Positions 1 to 9,058 of a stretch of 64,000 bases of DNA are shown in pieces. Source of the stretch: a virus (lineage: Duplodnaviria; Heunggongvirae; Uroviricota; Caudoviricetes); IMG/VR virus record IMGVR_UViG_3300032315_001694, one strand, 5' to 3'. The notes below the pieces were generated by a model. The model did not search any database and was not told the DNA's origin. It worked only from the letters and a program-made list of their open reading frames with translations. A program made the translations under genes and the position numbers. The first letter of the stretch is position 1. Each line of letters opens with the position of its first letter.

Positions 1-94
1 TAGGACTTTGTTCTCTCATTTTGTTATCTGTGGAAGAATCTATGTCTATTTCTTCGTTCACTCGGAAATTTTCGAATAATTCTAAGTATTTCAT
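1..94 (-). CDS. 5'-proximal part of an N-motif family paralog; start codon at 94, gene continues leftward past the window edge. Predicted N-terminus MKYLELFENF
   Basis: Reverse-complement translation from 94 gives MKYLELFENFRVNEEIDIDSS with no stop before the window edge; matches the family N-terminal signature. Confidence 0.4.
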   Translation of the reverse strand, partial: MKYLELFENFRVNEEIDIDSSTDNKMREQSP

Positions 95-112
95 AATAAA
101 TTTTTATTTTCT

Positions 113-835
113 TTATATATTATAATTTAAAATCAAATATTCTGTTCCTAAATTATGTTTCTTTGAAACCATTCTATAATCTTTATACCATTCTTTCATT
201 ACCGGAAAATCATAATAACTTAGGATCCAAGATGATTTAAGATTAAATAAGTTATCACGGAGTTCGATATGCTTATCATCATTCCAATTATGATTTGTAT
301 AATACGATTCATATCCTCTATAAATCGGGTCACAATAGAAGAAAACATTTGTTCCATTATCATATTTCTGAAATATTTTTTTATAATCCAAATTCTCTAT
401 CTCTAACCTCTTGAAGTATTCTATATATCTTGGTAATTTATATTTGAGAACTTCAAAAGAAGCATTACCTCGGTAGTTTTTAGACATAATATCTTTCAAA
501 TCACCACAAACTAAAATAACTAACCAAGAAATGGCTTTCAATTCTTTTGATTTTGATGTTAAATTATCAAAACATTCTAAATAAAAAGATTCAGTCACTT
601 TAGTTGTTAAGACCTTTTGAATGAACTTTTCCTTCTTTAATTGTTCAAACAAATTACAATTAAGCGGATTGATATCATTGTAAATAAACTTTGTATCTGG
701 ATACTCCTTTAAATTAAGAGTAAAATAAAGTCCCATCATGCCACCAAAAGGTTCAATCCAATACTCTGGATTTTTAGGACAATGTGGTAAGATAAAGTCT
801 GAAAGTGTAGATTTATTTCCGATGTAGCTAATCAT
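113..835 (-). CDS. dam: N6-adenine DNA methyltransferase, Dam/D12 class
   Basis: N-terminal Y-x-G-N-K; EPFGGMMG (FxGxG AdoMet motif); DPIY (DPPY-type catalytic motif). Confidence 0.65.
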   Translation of the reverse strand: MISYIGNKSTLSDFILPHCPKNPEYWIEPFGGMMGLYFTLNLKEYPDTKFIYNDINPLNCNLFEQLKKEKFIQKVLTTKVTESFYLECFDNLTSKSKELKAISWLVILVCGDLKDIMSKNYRGNASFEVLKYKLPRYIEYFKRLEIENLDYKKIFQKYDNGTNVFFYCDPIYRGYESYYTNHNWNDDKHIELRDNLFNLKSSWILSYYDFPVMKEWYKDYRMVSKKHNLGTEYLILNYNI

Positions 836-1044
836 TCTAAAATAGAATCGATTTTATCATCTCTTTTTTTAGAGATGTAATTACTGACCAAATCTTTGAA
901 TTGTTGATTCATTATTTGACGATTTTCTTTTGTATCAAACTCAAACACCCATCGTGTTTTAAGTTCATCAATTTGCTCTTTTAACTCTGGATTTACATCA
1001 TACCATTTCTGAAAATCTGATTCATCAAACCATTGTGACACCAT
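832..1044 (-). CDS. hypothetical protein
   Basis: 70-aa ORF in same-strand operon context, 4-nt overlap with downstream gene. Confidence 0.35.
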   Translation of the reverse strand: MVSQWFDESDFQKWYDVNPELKEQIDELKTRWVFEFDTKENRQIMNQQFKDLVSNYISKKRDDKIDSILE

Positions 1045-1096
1045 ATTATTTAACCTCTTTTATTAATATTGATAGTAATCAATTAAAAATTGGATA

Positions 1097-2215
1097 TTAT
1101 TTGCCACTATTCTGAAACTCTTTTTTATCATTCGAAATGTAAAACTTAGAGAAATCATAATTATCTTCATAGATATCTTTCAAATCCTTTAATTTGATAG
1201 TATCTAATATATCATATACAGACCAACCCTTTGGTGTAAGATATTGACCGATATTTTTATATCTTAGTATTTCTTCTTTCTCTCTTCGAGTCATATAGTA
1301 ATCTTTAACCAAGTTAAATCTATCTTTTGTTAAAAACTTGTCTTTTTCTTTTAATACCTTCTCAACAGAATCAATTACCTTATTGACATTCTTATTATTT
1401 GTCAAAGTAGAAATATTAATGATACCTTGTAAATTATGACGAGATTGATAACAATGGATGAAATAGACTAAACCCTGATTCTCTCTTACTTCTTGATAAA
1501 GTGGTGATTTTAATCCAAGAGATAACATAGCATTTAAGAAATGAATTTCAGCATTTTTTTCTTCAACTACCGGACTTAACATAATTAAGCTTGTTTTATC
1601 TTTAAAAGAGTTGCCTAATTCTAAAGGAACTTTATTATTTCCAAAGGAAATATTTTTTACAATTGTTCTGTCAGAGAATTCAATATCTAAGTTTTTCAAT
1701 TTCTTGGTTTTAGAAATATTGATAATTTTACTTGGTTTCATATATTGCAACTCAAAAAAATTAAGACAATCCATAAATTTAAGATTTTCTAAATCACTTC
1801 TCAATCCAATAGGATCATAATCATTAAATAACTTTCTCATTAAATTTAGATTATGTGATTGTGATTGGTCATTAAAGCAATCCTCATACTCAGAAAGAAC
1901 AATATTTCTTTCATTTTCAAATTGTTCTTTAGTGATATCAAATGAAGAAACAGATTTCAATATTTTATTACGGTACTTATTTAATTTAGATTCAAGTCCG
2001 GTAAAATAAAAATTAATGATGTTATTATCAGTGTAGGCATTCCAATCAATAGAATCCCTATCAAAATCTTCAAGCAAATCAAAGAAAGTTTTACACATCA
2101 AATGTTCCATTAAATGTGATATACCGTAATTACCTTTCTTTTCTAAATTTGTAGATCCTTCATAGACAATATAGAATCCAGATAGGTCGTTTTGTGATTT
2201 AAGATTTATAATCAT
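1097..2215 (-). CDS. M16 (pitrilysin/insulinase)-family zinc peptidase-like protein
   Basis: GISHLMEHLMCKT contains the inverted HxxEH zinc-binding motif of the M16 family; 372 aa. Confidence 0.45.
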   Translation of the reverse strand: MIINLKSQNDLSGFYIVYEGSTNLEKKGNYGISHLMEHLMCKTFFDLLEDFDRDSIDWNAYTDNNIINFYFTGLESKLNKYRNKILKSVSSFDITKEQFENERNIVLSEYEDCFNDQSQSHNLNLMRKLFNDYDPIGLRSDLENLKFMDCLNFFELQYMKPSKIINISKTKKLKNLDIEFSDRTIVKNISFGNNKVPLELGNSFKDKTSLIMLSPVVEEKNAEIHFLNAMLSLGLKSPLYQEVRENQGLVYFIHCYQSRHNLQGIINISTLTNNKNVNKVIDSVEKVLKEKDKFLTKDRFNLVKDYYMTRREKEEILRYKNIGQYLTPKGWSVYDILDTIKLKDLKDIYEDNYDFSKFYISNDKKEFQNSGK

Positions 2216-2260
2216 GATGTTGCATGTATTTTGAATTTATATATTCTTTAACTACATTTG

Positions 2261-3181
2261 TTATTCATGAAAGTGAAAATAATCTCCAGAATCTTGAATT
2301 TTTATCACATCTTTTATTTCTCGGAAACACTCCATAATTAATTTCTTTAAAAGTTCCTCAGTTATAATACCACCAAAATCACCATGATTTTCAATTATAT
2401 CATTCTCCATCTCATTGTAATAAACAATGAAACCATCATCATCGACCTGGATGAATTTTGACCAGTCGAAATCATCAATATCTCCTTTATCAAAATCATA
2501 AGGTTTTTTAATTTTTGTTAATTCGTAAGCAAAGTTACTCCTCATTTGATCGTCAAAATACTCTTTAATATTCATAAATGTGTATTCTACAAATTGATCC
2601 GGTGTTAAACCTAATTGTTTAATAAACAATTGTCCATATGGCGTTTTATGATACCCATAAGCATATTTAATAATCCATTCTTGAGCATCCATACTTTTAT
2701 CAAAACCTTGACCTCCTAAATCTATTTGATGTTCCACACCAGTCATTTTAGATATTTCCAACTTCTCGTTTATCATATAGAGATAAACATCTATATAACC
2801 ATTGATTATATCTAAACGATTTTGATGAATAAAGTAAGGAAAATACTCAGAAGTTAATTGACAAACTTTTTTATTGAAGAGTTTCTTAATAACATCTAAA
2901 GTAAATCCAGTTTTGTCAATTATCTTTTGCATTTCCTCAAAATCTTCTTCTGGATTACCATTAGAAGATGCCAAGTTCGAAAAATAAGATTCAAAGTATT
3001 CTGAAAGTCCGTTTATTTTGCTAGCAAAATCTTTTCTCATTCGATCCATATATGATTTTTCATGCTTCAATTCTGGAGTAAATTGATCAACCTTTTGATG
3101 AGAATCAATTCTTTGAAAATAAGTATCAAATTCTGTCTGTTTGACTTTCTCTAAAATAAATTGTTCGTATTTCTTAATCAT
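2261..3181 (-). CDS. N-motif family paralog (hypothetical). Start taken at the internal Met giving MIKKYEQFILEK
   Basis: Family signature MIKKYEQF at internal Met; the tracked ORF start at 3232 would overlap the upstream gene's stop. Confidence 0.5.
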   Translation of the reverse strand: MIKKYEQFILEKVKQTEFDTYFQRIDSHQKVDQFTPELKHEKSYMDRMRKDFASKINGLSEYFESYFSNLASSNGNPEEDFEEMQKIIDKTGFTLDVIKKLFNKKVCQLTSEYFPYFIHQNRLDIINGYIDVYLYMINEKLEISKMTGVEHQIDLGGQGFDKSMDAQEWIIKYAYGYHKTPYGQLFIKQLGLTPDQFVEYTFMNIKEYFDDQMRSNFAYELTKIKKPYDFDKGDIDDFDWSKFIQVDDDGFIVYYNEMENDIIENHGDFGGIITEELLKKLIMECFREIKDVIKIQDSGDYFHFHE

Positions 3182-3191
3182 AACATATATA

Positions 3192-3755
3192 TTAAAATCC
3201 TCTCGACAAAGATTGTTGAATACCCAAAACACGATGTTGAGCTTTTAGAAAATCTATATTAGCCAATACTTTATTATCTGATGACTCTTCTTGATCAGTA
3301 ATCGAATCTGTAACAAACCAGGTTTTTTGTGTATTTTGAATTACTGAAATAGTATCACCACTCGGATATTCTTTATTACAATAATTCATTCCACTTTCAG
3401 GCGTTGTATTGAAACTTCTTTTCTTAAACTTTAAATCTTCAATAAACTTGAAATGTAATTCATCTTTATATTTTGATTCTAACTCCTTAGTCATAACTAA
3501 AAACCAAAGACCAGTTTCATCTACATCATAAGATATTAATCTATAACCATTACTCATTAGCCTACTTTGACAATCTTCAATCTCTTTTATTTCAGGTTTC
3601 GAATAACAATCCTCAAAATATACAACCGCCACACCAACTGATAAATCATCCATCCATATTTTAGGAGTCGTATCACCAACATATTGAAGAATATCTAAAA
3701 CATCATCCAAATCAGTTTCTTCTATTCTTTCATTAAATCTTTTTAAGTATTTCAC
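3192..3755 (-). CDS. N-motif family paralog (MKYLKRFNERIEE)
   Basis: N-terminal signature; tandem same-strand array. Confidence 0.55.
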   Translation of the reverse strand: MKYLKRFNERIEETDLDDVLDILQYVGDTTPKIWMDDLSVGVAVVYFEDCYSKPEIKEIEDCQSRLMSNGYRLISYDVDETGLWFLVMTKELESKYKDELHFKFIEDLKFKKRSFNTTPESGMNYCNKEYPSGDTISVIQNTQKTWFVTDSITDQEESSDNKVLANIDFLKAQHRVLGIQQSLSRGF

Positions 3756-3765
3756 AAGTTATATA

Positions 3766-4536
3766 TTATTTATAAAATGGTAAGCAGAATTTATAAAATA
3801 TTCCGTATTTACCTTCTAAGATGAATACCGCACCAAAGTAAGATTCAAATCGTCGAATTAAATCACTATTATAGTTAATTGTTATATAGTTCCATCTATC
3901 ACCAAATATAGGAATCATTATAATATATCCTTTTGGATGGTCTAATGTCTTTGAAATATCAATCATTTTTGAAGCGAGATTTAGATAGTCACTTGTCACA
4001 TCTTCATATTCTGAATATAAGCAATCAATGATAAATTCTTTATCATCCTCTGTAAATTCTTTCTTTTCAGGTATATCCCAGATAGTACCTGAAATTAGAT
4101 TTTTAATAGTTTGTCCTACATATCCATATAAAATCTCTCGATATCCTTGTTTGTATAATTTCTGGCTATTTTCTTTTTTAAAATCATCAGTATAATTCAA
4201 ATAGTTGTCATCGAATTTAAAAGATTCAAGTTCTTTTTTAAACCTATTACCCCATCTGGACTCAGTGAAATACTCTGACCAAATAATAAATTGCTGAGCC
4301 ACCGCTGTAATAGATCCATTTGTTGAGTTATAGTCCAATCTATTAGCAACAATAAATATGGTTTTAATATCTAATATGGTATCATAACTAAATGATAAAT
4401 TCAAGTTACTAGTAGTGAATTTATTCACATCTCTAACATAAGTTTCTAAATAATGAGATAGATATTTAATCTTATCTACCAATTCATTTTTAGTTATGCT
4501 AGATTCAAATATTTTAAACGAATCTAAATACTTCAT
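3766..4536 (-). CDS. N-motif family paralog (MKYLDSFKIFESS)
   Basis: N-terminal signature. Confidence 0.55.
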   Translation of the reverse strand: MKYLDSFKIFESSITKNELVDKIKYLSHYLETYVRDVNKFTTSNLNLSFSYDTILDIKTIFIVANRLDYNSTNGSITAVAQQFIIWSEYFTESRWGNRFKKELESFKFDDNYLNYTDDFKKENSQKLYKQGYREILYGYVGQTIKNLISGTIWDIPEKKEFTEDDKEFIIDCLYSEYEDVTSDYLNLASKMIDISKTLDHPKGYIIMIPIFGDRWNYITINYNSDLIRRFESYFGAVFILEGKYGIFYKFCLPFYK

Positions 4537-4551
4537 AAAAGTATATATTAT

Positions 4552-5517
4552 TTAGAACTTTCGTTTTTGTAGATATTTCAAAAAGTCAAACGAATTGTCA
4601 TCTTTATCCTCTACCATTTCTTTAGTAATCTTAATCGGTTCTAATTGGTCAAAAGTTAATCCTCTTTCCCAAAAATGCTCACAAGCATCTTTAACTTCTA
4701 TTGAATGTATCGTTACCGATGGAATGCCCATCAAATTAAAAAACTTTTGCATAACCAATCCAGTTTTTAAGCCTACTCTATCATTATCACAAAAAATAAC
4801 TATATTCTTTGGATTCTTATCTACCAACTGATATAATTGAAGTCCGGACCACATAGCTGATGATGGTGAAACAGCCTTAATACCCATTTCTCTTAAACAT
4901 ATCATATCAAAAAGCCCTTCACATATCCAAACTTCTTCATCTTCTATATCATCTAATCCCCAAACCGGGGTGTCAGGAACAGCTAATGTATATTTTAGTT
5001 TACCCACATCTGATATCCTTCGAATTGAACAATTAACTAAGATACCATCTTTAAAAAGAGGTTCGACAATTCCACCTTCTTCAATCCCATCTTGTAAAAA
5101 ACTACTTAGTATTGGATGACAAGTAGCACCGATTCGTCTAAGATGTTCTTTATTAGTAAAGTTAGAAAGTCCTAAAAATCCCCATTTATTACAAACTTCG
5201 ATAGGTATTTTACGATTTATTAGGAATTCTTTTTCCTTCTCAGAATATTTTCCTATATTTGCATTAAAGAAATTGGTTAGTTCATCAAGTTGTTTAGGAG
5301 TGATTATTTCATCATCAGCTTCTGAATTAAGTAGTGAAAGATCAACTTCTACCATTTTTTCAAGATTTGCGTAGAGTGATTTGACCCAATCAAACTTTCT
5401 TTCAATACGAATTAATTTCATTGGATCCATTGATTTATCTAAAAAATTACTAATTGTTCCATTGACAGAACGGTTATTGTAAAGAATGAATCCTATTTCT
5501 TCGATGGAATATTTCAT
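4552..5517 (-). CDS. DNA primase, TOPRIM domain (DnaG/gp61-like)
   Basis: VWICEGLFDMICLREMGIKAV...NIVIFCDNDRVGLKTG matches the TOPRIM E...DxD pattern of bacterial and phage primases. Confidence 0.55.
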   Translation of the reverse strand: MKYSIEEIGFILYNNRSVNGTISNFLDKSMDPMKLIRIERKFDWVKSLYANLEKMVEVDLSLLNSEADDEIITPKQLDELTNFFNANIGKYSEKEKEFLINRKIPIEVCNKWGFLGLSNFTNKEHLRRIGATCHPILSSFLQDGIEEGGIVEPLFKDGILVNCSIRRISDVGKLKYTLAVPDTPVWGLDDIEDEEVWICEGLFDMICLREMGIKAVSPSSAMWSGLQLYQLVDKNPKNIVIFCDNDRVGLKTGLVMQKFFNLMGIPSVTIHSIEVKDACEHFWERGLTFDQLEPIKITKEMVEDKDDNSFDFLKYLQKRKF

Positions 5518-5547
5518 AAAATTATTTGTTTTTTAAAATTTATTTAT

Positions 5548-5555
5548 TATATTTG
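5548..5555 (+). promoter_or_regulatory. Bacteroidetes-type -7 promoter element TAtaTTTG, 9 nt upstream of the ATG at 5565
   Basis: Exact TAnnTTTG consensus; also supports 5565 as the start of the downstream kinase-like gene. Confidence 0.45.
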
Positions 5556-5564
5556 TATCTCTTT

Positions 5565-6242
5565 ATGAACAAAAATCTTTTAAGTATAGGTCTTACTGGT
5601 TGTCGATTCTCTGGTAAAGATGGAGTCTCTAAGTTGTTTCGACAGCTTGGTGTTCCGGTTTTTGATGCTGATGTAGTAGTAAAGTATTTACTTAATTATC
5701 GTGATAGTATGCCTGAATCTGTTCGTAAAGCATTTGGTCGTGAATATGTTTTTGGAGAATATATCAATCCGATAGCATTTGATACTGATGAAAAATTCTC
5801 CTCTCTTATTGATTTAATCGAATTTGAAGTATTTGAATCTTATGATAGGTTTTGTAAGAAACATAAAGATAATCAATACACAATTTTCCACTCTTCTATT
5901 ATCCACGAAAAAAATTGGTCAAAAAAGTTTGACCGAGTAATTTGTGTTTTCACCCCTAAAGATGTAAGAATCGAAAGGTATAAGAGAGAAACAGGTGATC
6001 GACTTGAAACTATCTGGTCAATTTTTAATAAAGAAATGAATGAAACTCACAAAAATCAAATGAGTGATTTTATCATTCACAATTATGAAGACGCTCCCGA
6101 TATCTTAAAACAAGTTAAAAATGTTGATGATAAAATTGTCGATGTTTATCTTGAAAAGTATTATCAATTAAAAAGAAAGATTGAAGTAGAAAAATCAGAT
6201 TTTAACAAACAATCAATTCACAAAAATATTTATACCGTCTAA
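5565..6242 (+). CDS. dephospho-CoA kinase (CoaE)-like P-loop kinase with atypical Walker A (GxxxSGKD)
   Basis: MNKNLLSIGLTGCRFSGKDGV...FDADVVV parallels CoaE IGLTGGIGSGKS...DAD. Start moved from the tracked 5526 to the Met following the promoter motif. Confidence 0.5.
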   Translation: MNKNLLSIGLTGCRFSGKDGVSKLFRQLGVPVFDADVVVKYLLNYRDSMPESVRKAFGREYVFGEYINPIAFDTDEKFSSLIDLIEFEVFESYDRFCKKHKDNQYTIFHSSIIHEKNWSKKFDRVICVFTPKDVRIERYKRETGDRLETIWSIFNKEMNETHKNQMSDFIIHNYEDAPDILKQVKNVDDKIVDVYLEKYYQLKRKIEVEKSDFNKQSIHKNIYTV

Positions 6243-6244
6243 CC

Positions 6245-6709
6245 ATGAACGCAAAAGTAAAATGTGTTGGAAGTCCAAACAATATGTTACAATATGTAAA
6301 AATAGTCAAGACTCATAGTGGACTTGGCCTAAAACAGGCTAAAGATTTCTGTGACGCGACCAGAGAAAATCGAGGAAAACAATTTATTCTTGAAATACAA
6401 ACTTCTGTTCAGGAATTTGAAAAAGAGATACGTGAGCATTTAGGCGATTCAATACAAGTTTGTAACCGTGAGAAAGAACGTCAAATTAAATTGCTTTCTT
6501 TAGGTTTAGGAGATAAATCTGATTTGATAGAACTACTGGCTGAAGAAATGGCTTCTGAGTTAGTTCACAAAACAAGAACAGATTTTGGAGCTAGTCTATA
6601 TACTGTTTTTACTGATTATATGGCTGATTTTTTAACAAATCTTAACTCAGAACAACTTGACGAATTATTTAATAATAAACTTATAAAAGAAAAAGAACAA
6701 AATGGCTAA
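6245..6709 (+). CDS. hypothetical protein
   Basis: 154-aa ORF tightly packed in the plus-strand operon. Confidence 0.4.
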   Translation: MNAKVKCVGSPNNMLQYVKIVKTHSGLGLKQAKDFCDATRENRGKQFILEIQTSVQEFEKEIREHLGDSIQVCNREKERQIKLLSLGLGDKSDLIELLAEEMASELVHKTRTDFGASLYTVFTDYMADFLTNLNSEQLDELFNNKLIKEKEQNG

Positions 6710-7103
6710 CGCTTGGATTCATTCTAAATCCTCTTCTCGTAAATTGGGCGGAACTCCCGAAGATTATCTTCCACTTCATGAAAAAATGGATTGCTCAAAG
6801 GCTTACATAGCTGATAACCGACATCGCACTCTTACTCACCATATGTTCTGGGTTGTAGAAGTTATGATACCGATTTTTGGTTATATGTATAAACGACCAT
6901 CAGATGGTGTTGAAGTTTGCACTAAAGATATTTGTGAGCAACATATCTTGGAAGATTTCGGTATGAGGTATATTCCAACCGCTCAAGACTATTTAGAAAA
7001 TATTGATTTTCAAGATTGGATGCAAAATGGTATCAAAGATTTTCCTTCCTCTTTTCGCAAACTTAAAGATAGAGAAAACATAAAAGCATCAATGAAAGAT
7101 TAA
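6702..7103 (+). CDS. hypothetical protein
   Basis: 133-aa ORF, 8-nt overlap with upstream gene. Confidence 0.4.
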   Translation: MANAWIHSKSSSRKLGGTPEDYLPLHEKMDCSKAYIADNRHRTLTHHMFWVVEVMIPIFGYMYKRPSDGVEVCTKDICEQHILEDFGMRYIPTAQDYLENIDFQDWMQNGIKDFPSSFRKLKDRENIKASMKD

Positions 7104-7115
7104 TAAGATTAATTT

Positions 7116-7841
7116 ATGAAAGTAATAAGCAAAAAAGATAGTAGGAAATTATTGAAAGGTTATGTATATGAAACTGACTTTTTCAATAACGACCAAACAA
7201 AAAGAACGACTGTTGGTGGACATTCTTATTCTTATTCTTATAAACGAATATCGATAAAGGATAAGGGGTGGTTTAATATAGTTGATTTTACTACAACTGA
7301 TGGTCAGCCTTTGCCAGAAATTTTTTACGATAAACAAGTAAAGAAAGAACCAACTAAAATCACCGATCTCAAAAAAGGTGATGTTTTGGTTTGTCTTTCT
7401 GACCAAAGATTTAAATACCTAATTAAAGGTGGTAAATATCGTATAGCTGATATACGGATTACTAATCCAAGTTCCAATTGGGTGGGTGGAGATGTTCGAT
7501 TAGAAGGATATAGTCGTTGGTTGATGTGGTCAACTTGGAATTTTCGTAAATTATCTCTACAAGAAAGTAGAGATTTAGCTCTTTCTCAAATATTTGATAA
7601 AGAAGAAAACTTCTCAGTTGAATTTAAACGGAAATTTGAACTTAAATCTGATAAAGATGTAGTTTTAGTAGAAACCTTAGCTAAATCAATACTTGATAAA
7701 AATCGACACGAATTAGATGTAATCGATTGGGGTATCCAAAAAAACGGAGGACACTTTAAACTAACTAAAGAAGATTTCAACCACTTAATGGACAAACCAT
7801 TAAAAGAAATTTTAGAAATGTTCGACAACTTATCGGAATAA
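7116..7841 (+). CDS. hypothetical protein
   Basis: 241-aa ORF. Confidence 0.4.
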   Translation: MKVISKKDSRKLLKGYVYETDFFNNDQTKRTTVGGHSYSYSYKRISIKDKGWFNIVDFTTTDGQPLPEIFYDKQVKKEPTKITDLKKGDVLVCLSDQRFKYLIKGGKYRIADIRITNPSSNWVGGDVRLEGYSRWLMWSTWNFRKLSLQESRDLALSQIFDKEENFSVEFKRKFELKSDKDVVLVETLAKSILDKNRHELDVIDWGIQKNGGHFKLTKEDFNHLMDKPLKEILEMFDNLSE

Positions 7842-7904
7842 ACATAACAATCCATATAAAATTATGGAGTGTGTTGTTTTTAATATATAAAATAAAAATT
7901 ATAT

Positions 7905-8516
7905 ATGAAACGAAAAAATGGTGATGTCGTAAATGGATTTACATTTATAGAAAAACTTCCAAAGTGTGGCTACTGGAAAGTTAAACATAAATGTGGTAGA
8001 ATTTTTGATTTTAGGGCGTGTTTAGTAAACAAACAAAATTATTGTAAGGGATGTTTAGATGAATATATTAAAAATAATCACGGTCATAATCACAAATCTT
8101 GGAAAGGTTTTGGTGAGTTATCATCCGACTTATTTACTACAATTAAGCTAAATGCTCGAGACAGAAAACTCGACTTTGATTTAGATTTAGAATATTTGTG
8201 GAATCTATTTCTTTCACAAGACAGAAAATGTGCTTTATCGGAACTTGATATTTATTTAAATGAAAAATGTGATGAGAAGAAATATAAAACAGCCACCTTA
8301 GATAGAATTGACAGTACAATAGGATATATAAAAGGTAATGTACAATGGTTACACAGAGACGTAAATAAAATAAAAAATAATTTACCTGAAGATTATCTTT
8401 TAAATTTATGTGGAAAAATTTATTTGAAAATGATTTCTAAACAAAATCAAATTCTAAATATAGAAGGTAATACATTTTACAAAAACGGAAACTTTTTAAC
8501 AAACAAAAACAAATGA
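7905..8516 (+). CDS. HNH homing-endonuclease-like protein
   Basis: C-x2-C...C-x2-C zinc motif plus TATLDRIDSTIGYIKGNVQWLHRDVNKIKNN, typical of phage HNH endonucleases. Confidence 0.6.
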   Translation: MKRKNGDVVNGFTFIEKLPKCGYWKVKHKCGRIFDFRACLVNKQNYCKGCLDEYIKNNHGHNHKSWKGFGELSSDLFTTIKLNARDRKLDFDLDLEYLWNLFLSQDRKCALSELDIYLNEKCDEKKYKTATLDRIDSTIGYIKGNVQWLHRDVNKIKNNLPEDYLLNLCGKIYLKMISKQNQILNIEGNTFYKNGNFLTNKNK

Positions 8517-9001
8517 TAGACGAAATTATTAAAGAAGTACAGGAAAAACAAAAAGAAATTAACAAACTTAAAAAAGAACTTCATAAAAAGTCGGAAGAAG
8601 TTTTCTTTAAAGGAGCTAAACAAATCATCGACTCTTGTCCTGAACTTGAATCAATTTCTTGGAATCAATACACGCCGTATTTCAACGATGGAGATGAAAC
8701 AATTTTCTCCTCTAACACCAATTATTTAAAAGTAAATGGTGAGTATGCTGATGAAAATAATACATTAAATCCGGTTATTGTTGAGAACTATGGAACTTGG
8801 AACCGTGAAAAACGTGTTTATGAAGGACGAGTTGAGAAACCAAATCCAAACTACAACAAGACTTTGTCTGATGCGGTTGACCAAATGTCTGAATTCTTAG
8901 GAATCTTTGATGATGATTTCTACAAATCACAATTCGGCGACCACGTTACGGTAACAATTAACTCTAATGGTGTAGATACCGAAGATTATGATCACGAGTA
9001 A
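8513..9001 (+). CDS. hypothetical protein
   Basis: 162-aa ORF, 4-nt overlap with HNH gene. Confidence 0.4.
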   Translation: MIDEIIKEVQEKQKEINKLKKELHKKSEEVFFKGAKQIIDSCPELESISWNQYTPYFNDGDETIFSSNTNYLKVNGEYADENNTLNPVIVENYGTWNREKRVYEGRVEKPNPNYNKTLSDAVDQMSEFLGIFDDDFYKSQFGDHVTVTINSNGVDTEDYDHE

Positions 9002-9058
9002 TTAAAATTTTTTACAATTAACAATTAACAATTTAACAAAAAAAAACAGTTAAAAACT

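Noticed and set aside
5526-5564. Upstream extension of the CoaE-like ORF (MFFKIYLLYLYLF...)
   Set aside because: The extension is encoded by the promoter region itself (TAtaTTTG at 5548) and is a hydrophobic low-complexity translation of AT-rich DNA. The Met at 5565 is preferred.
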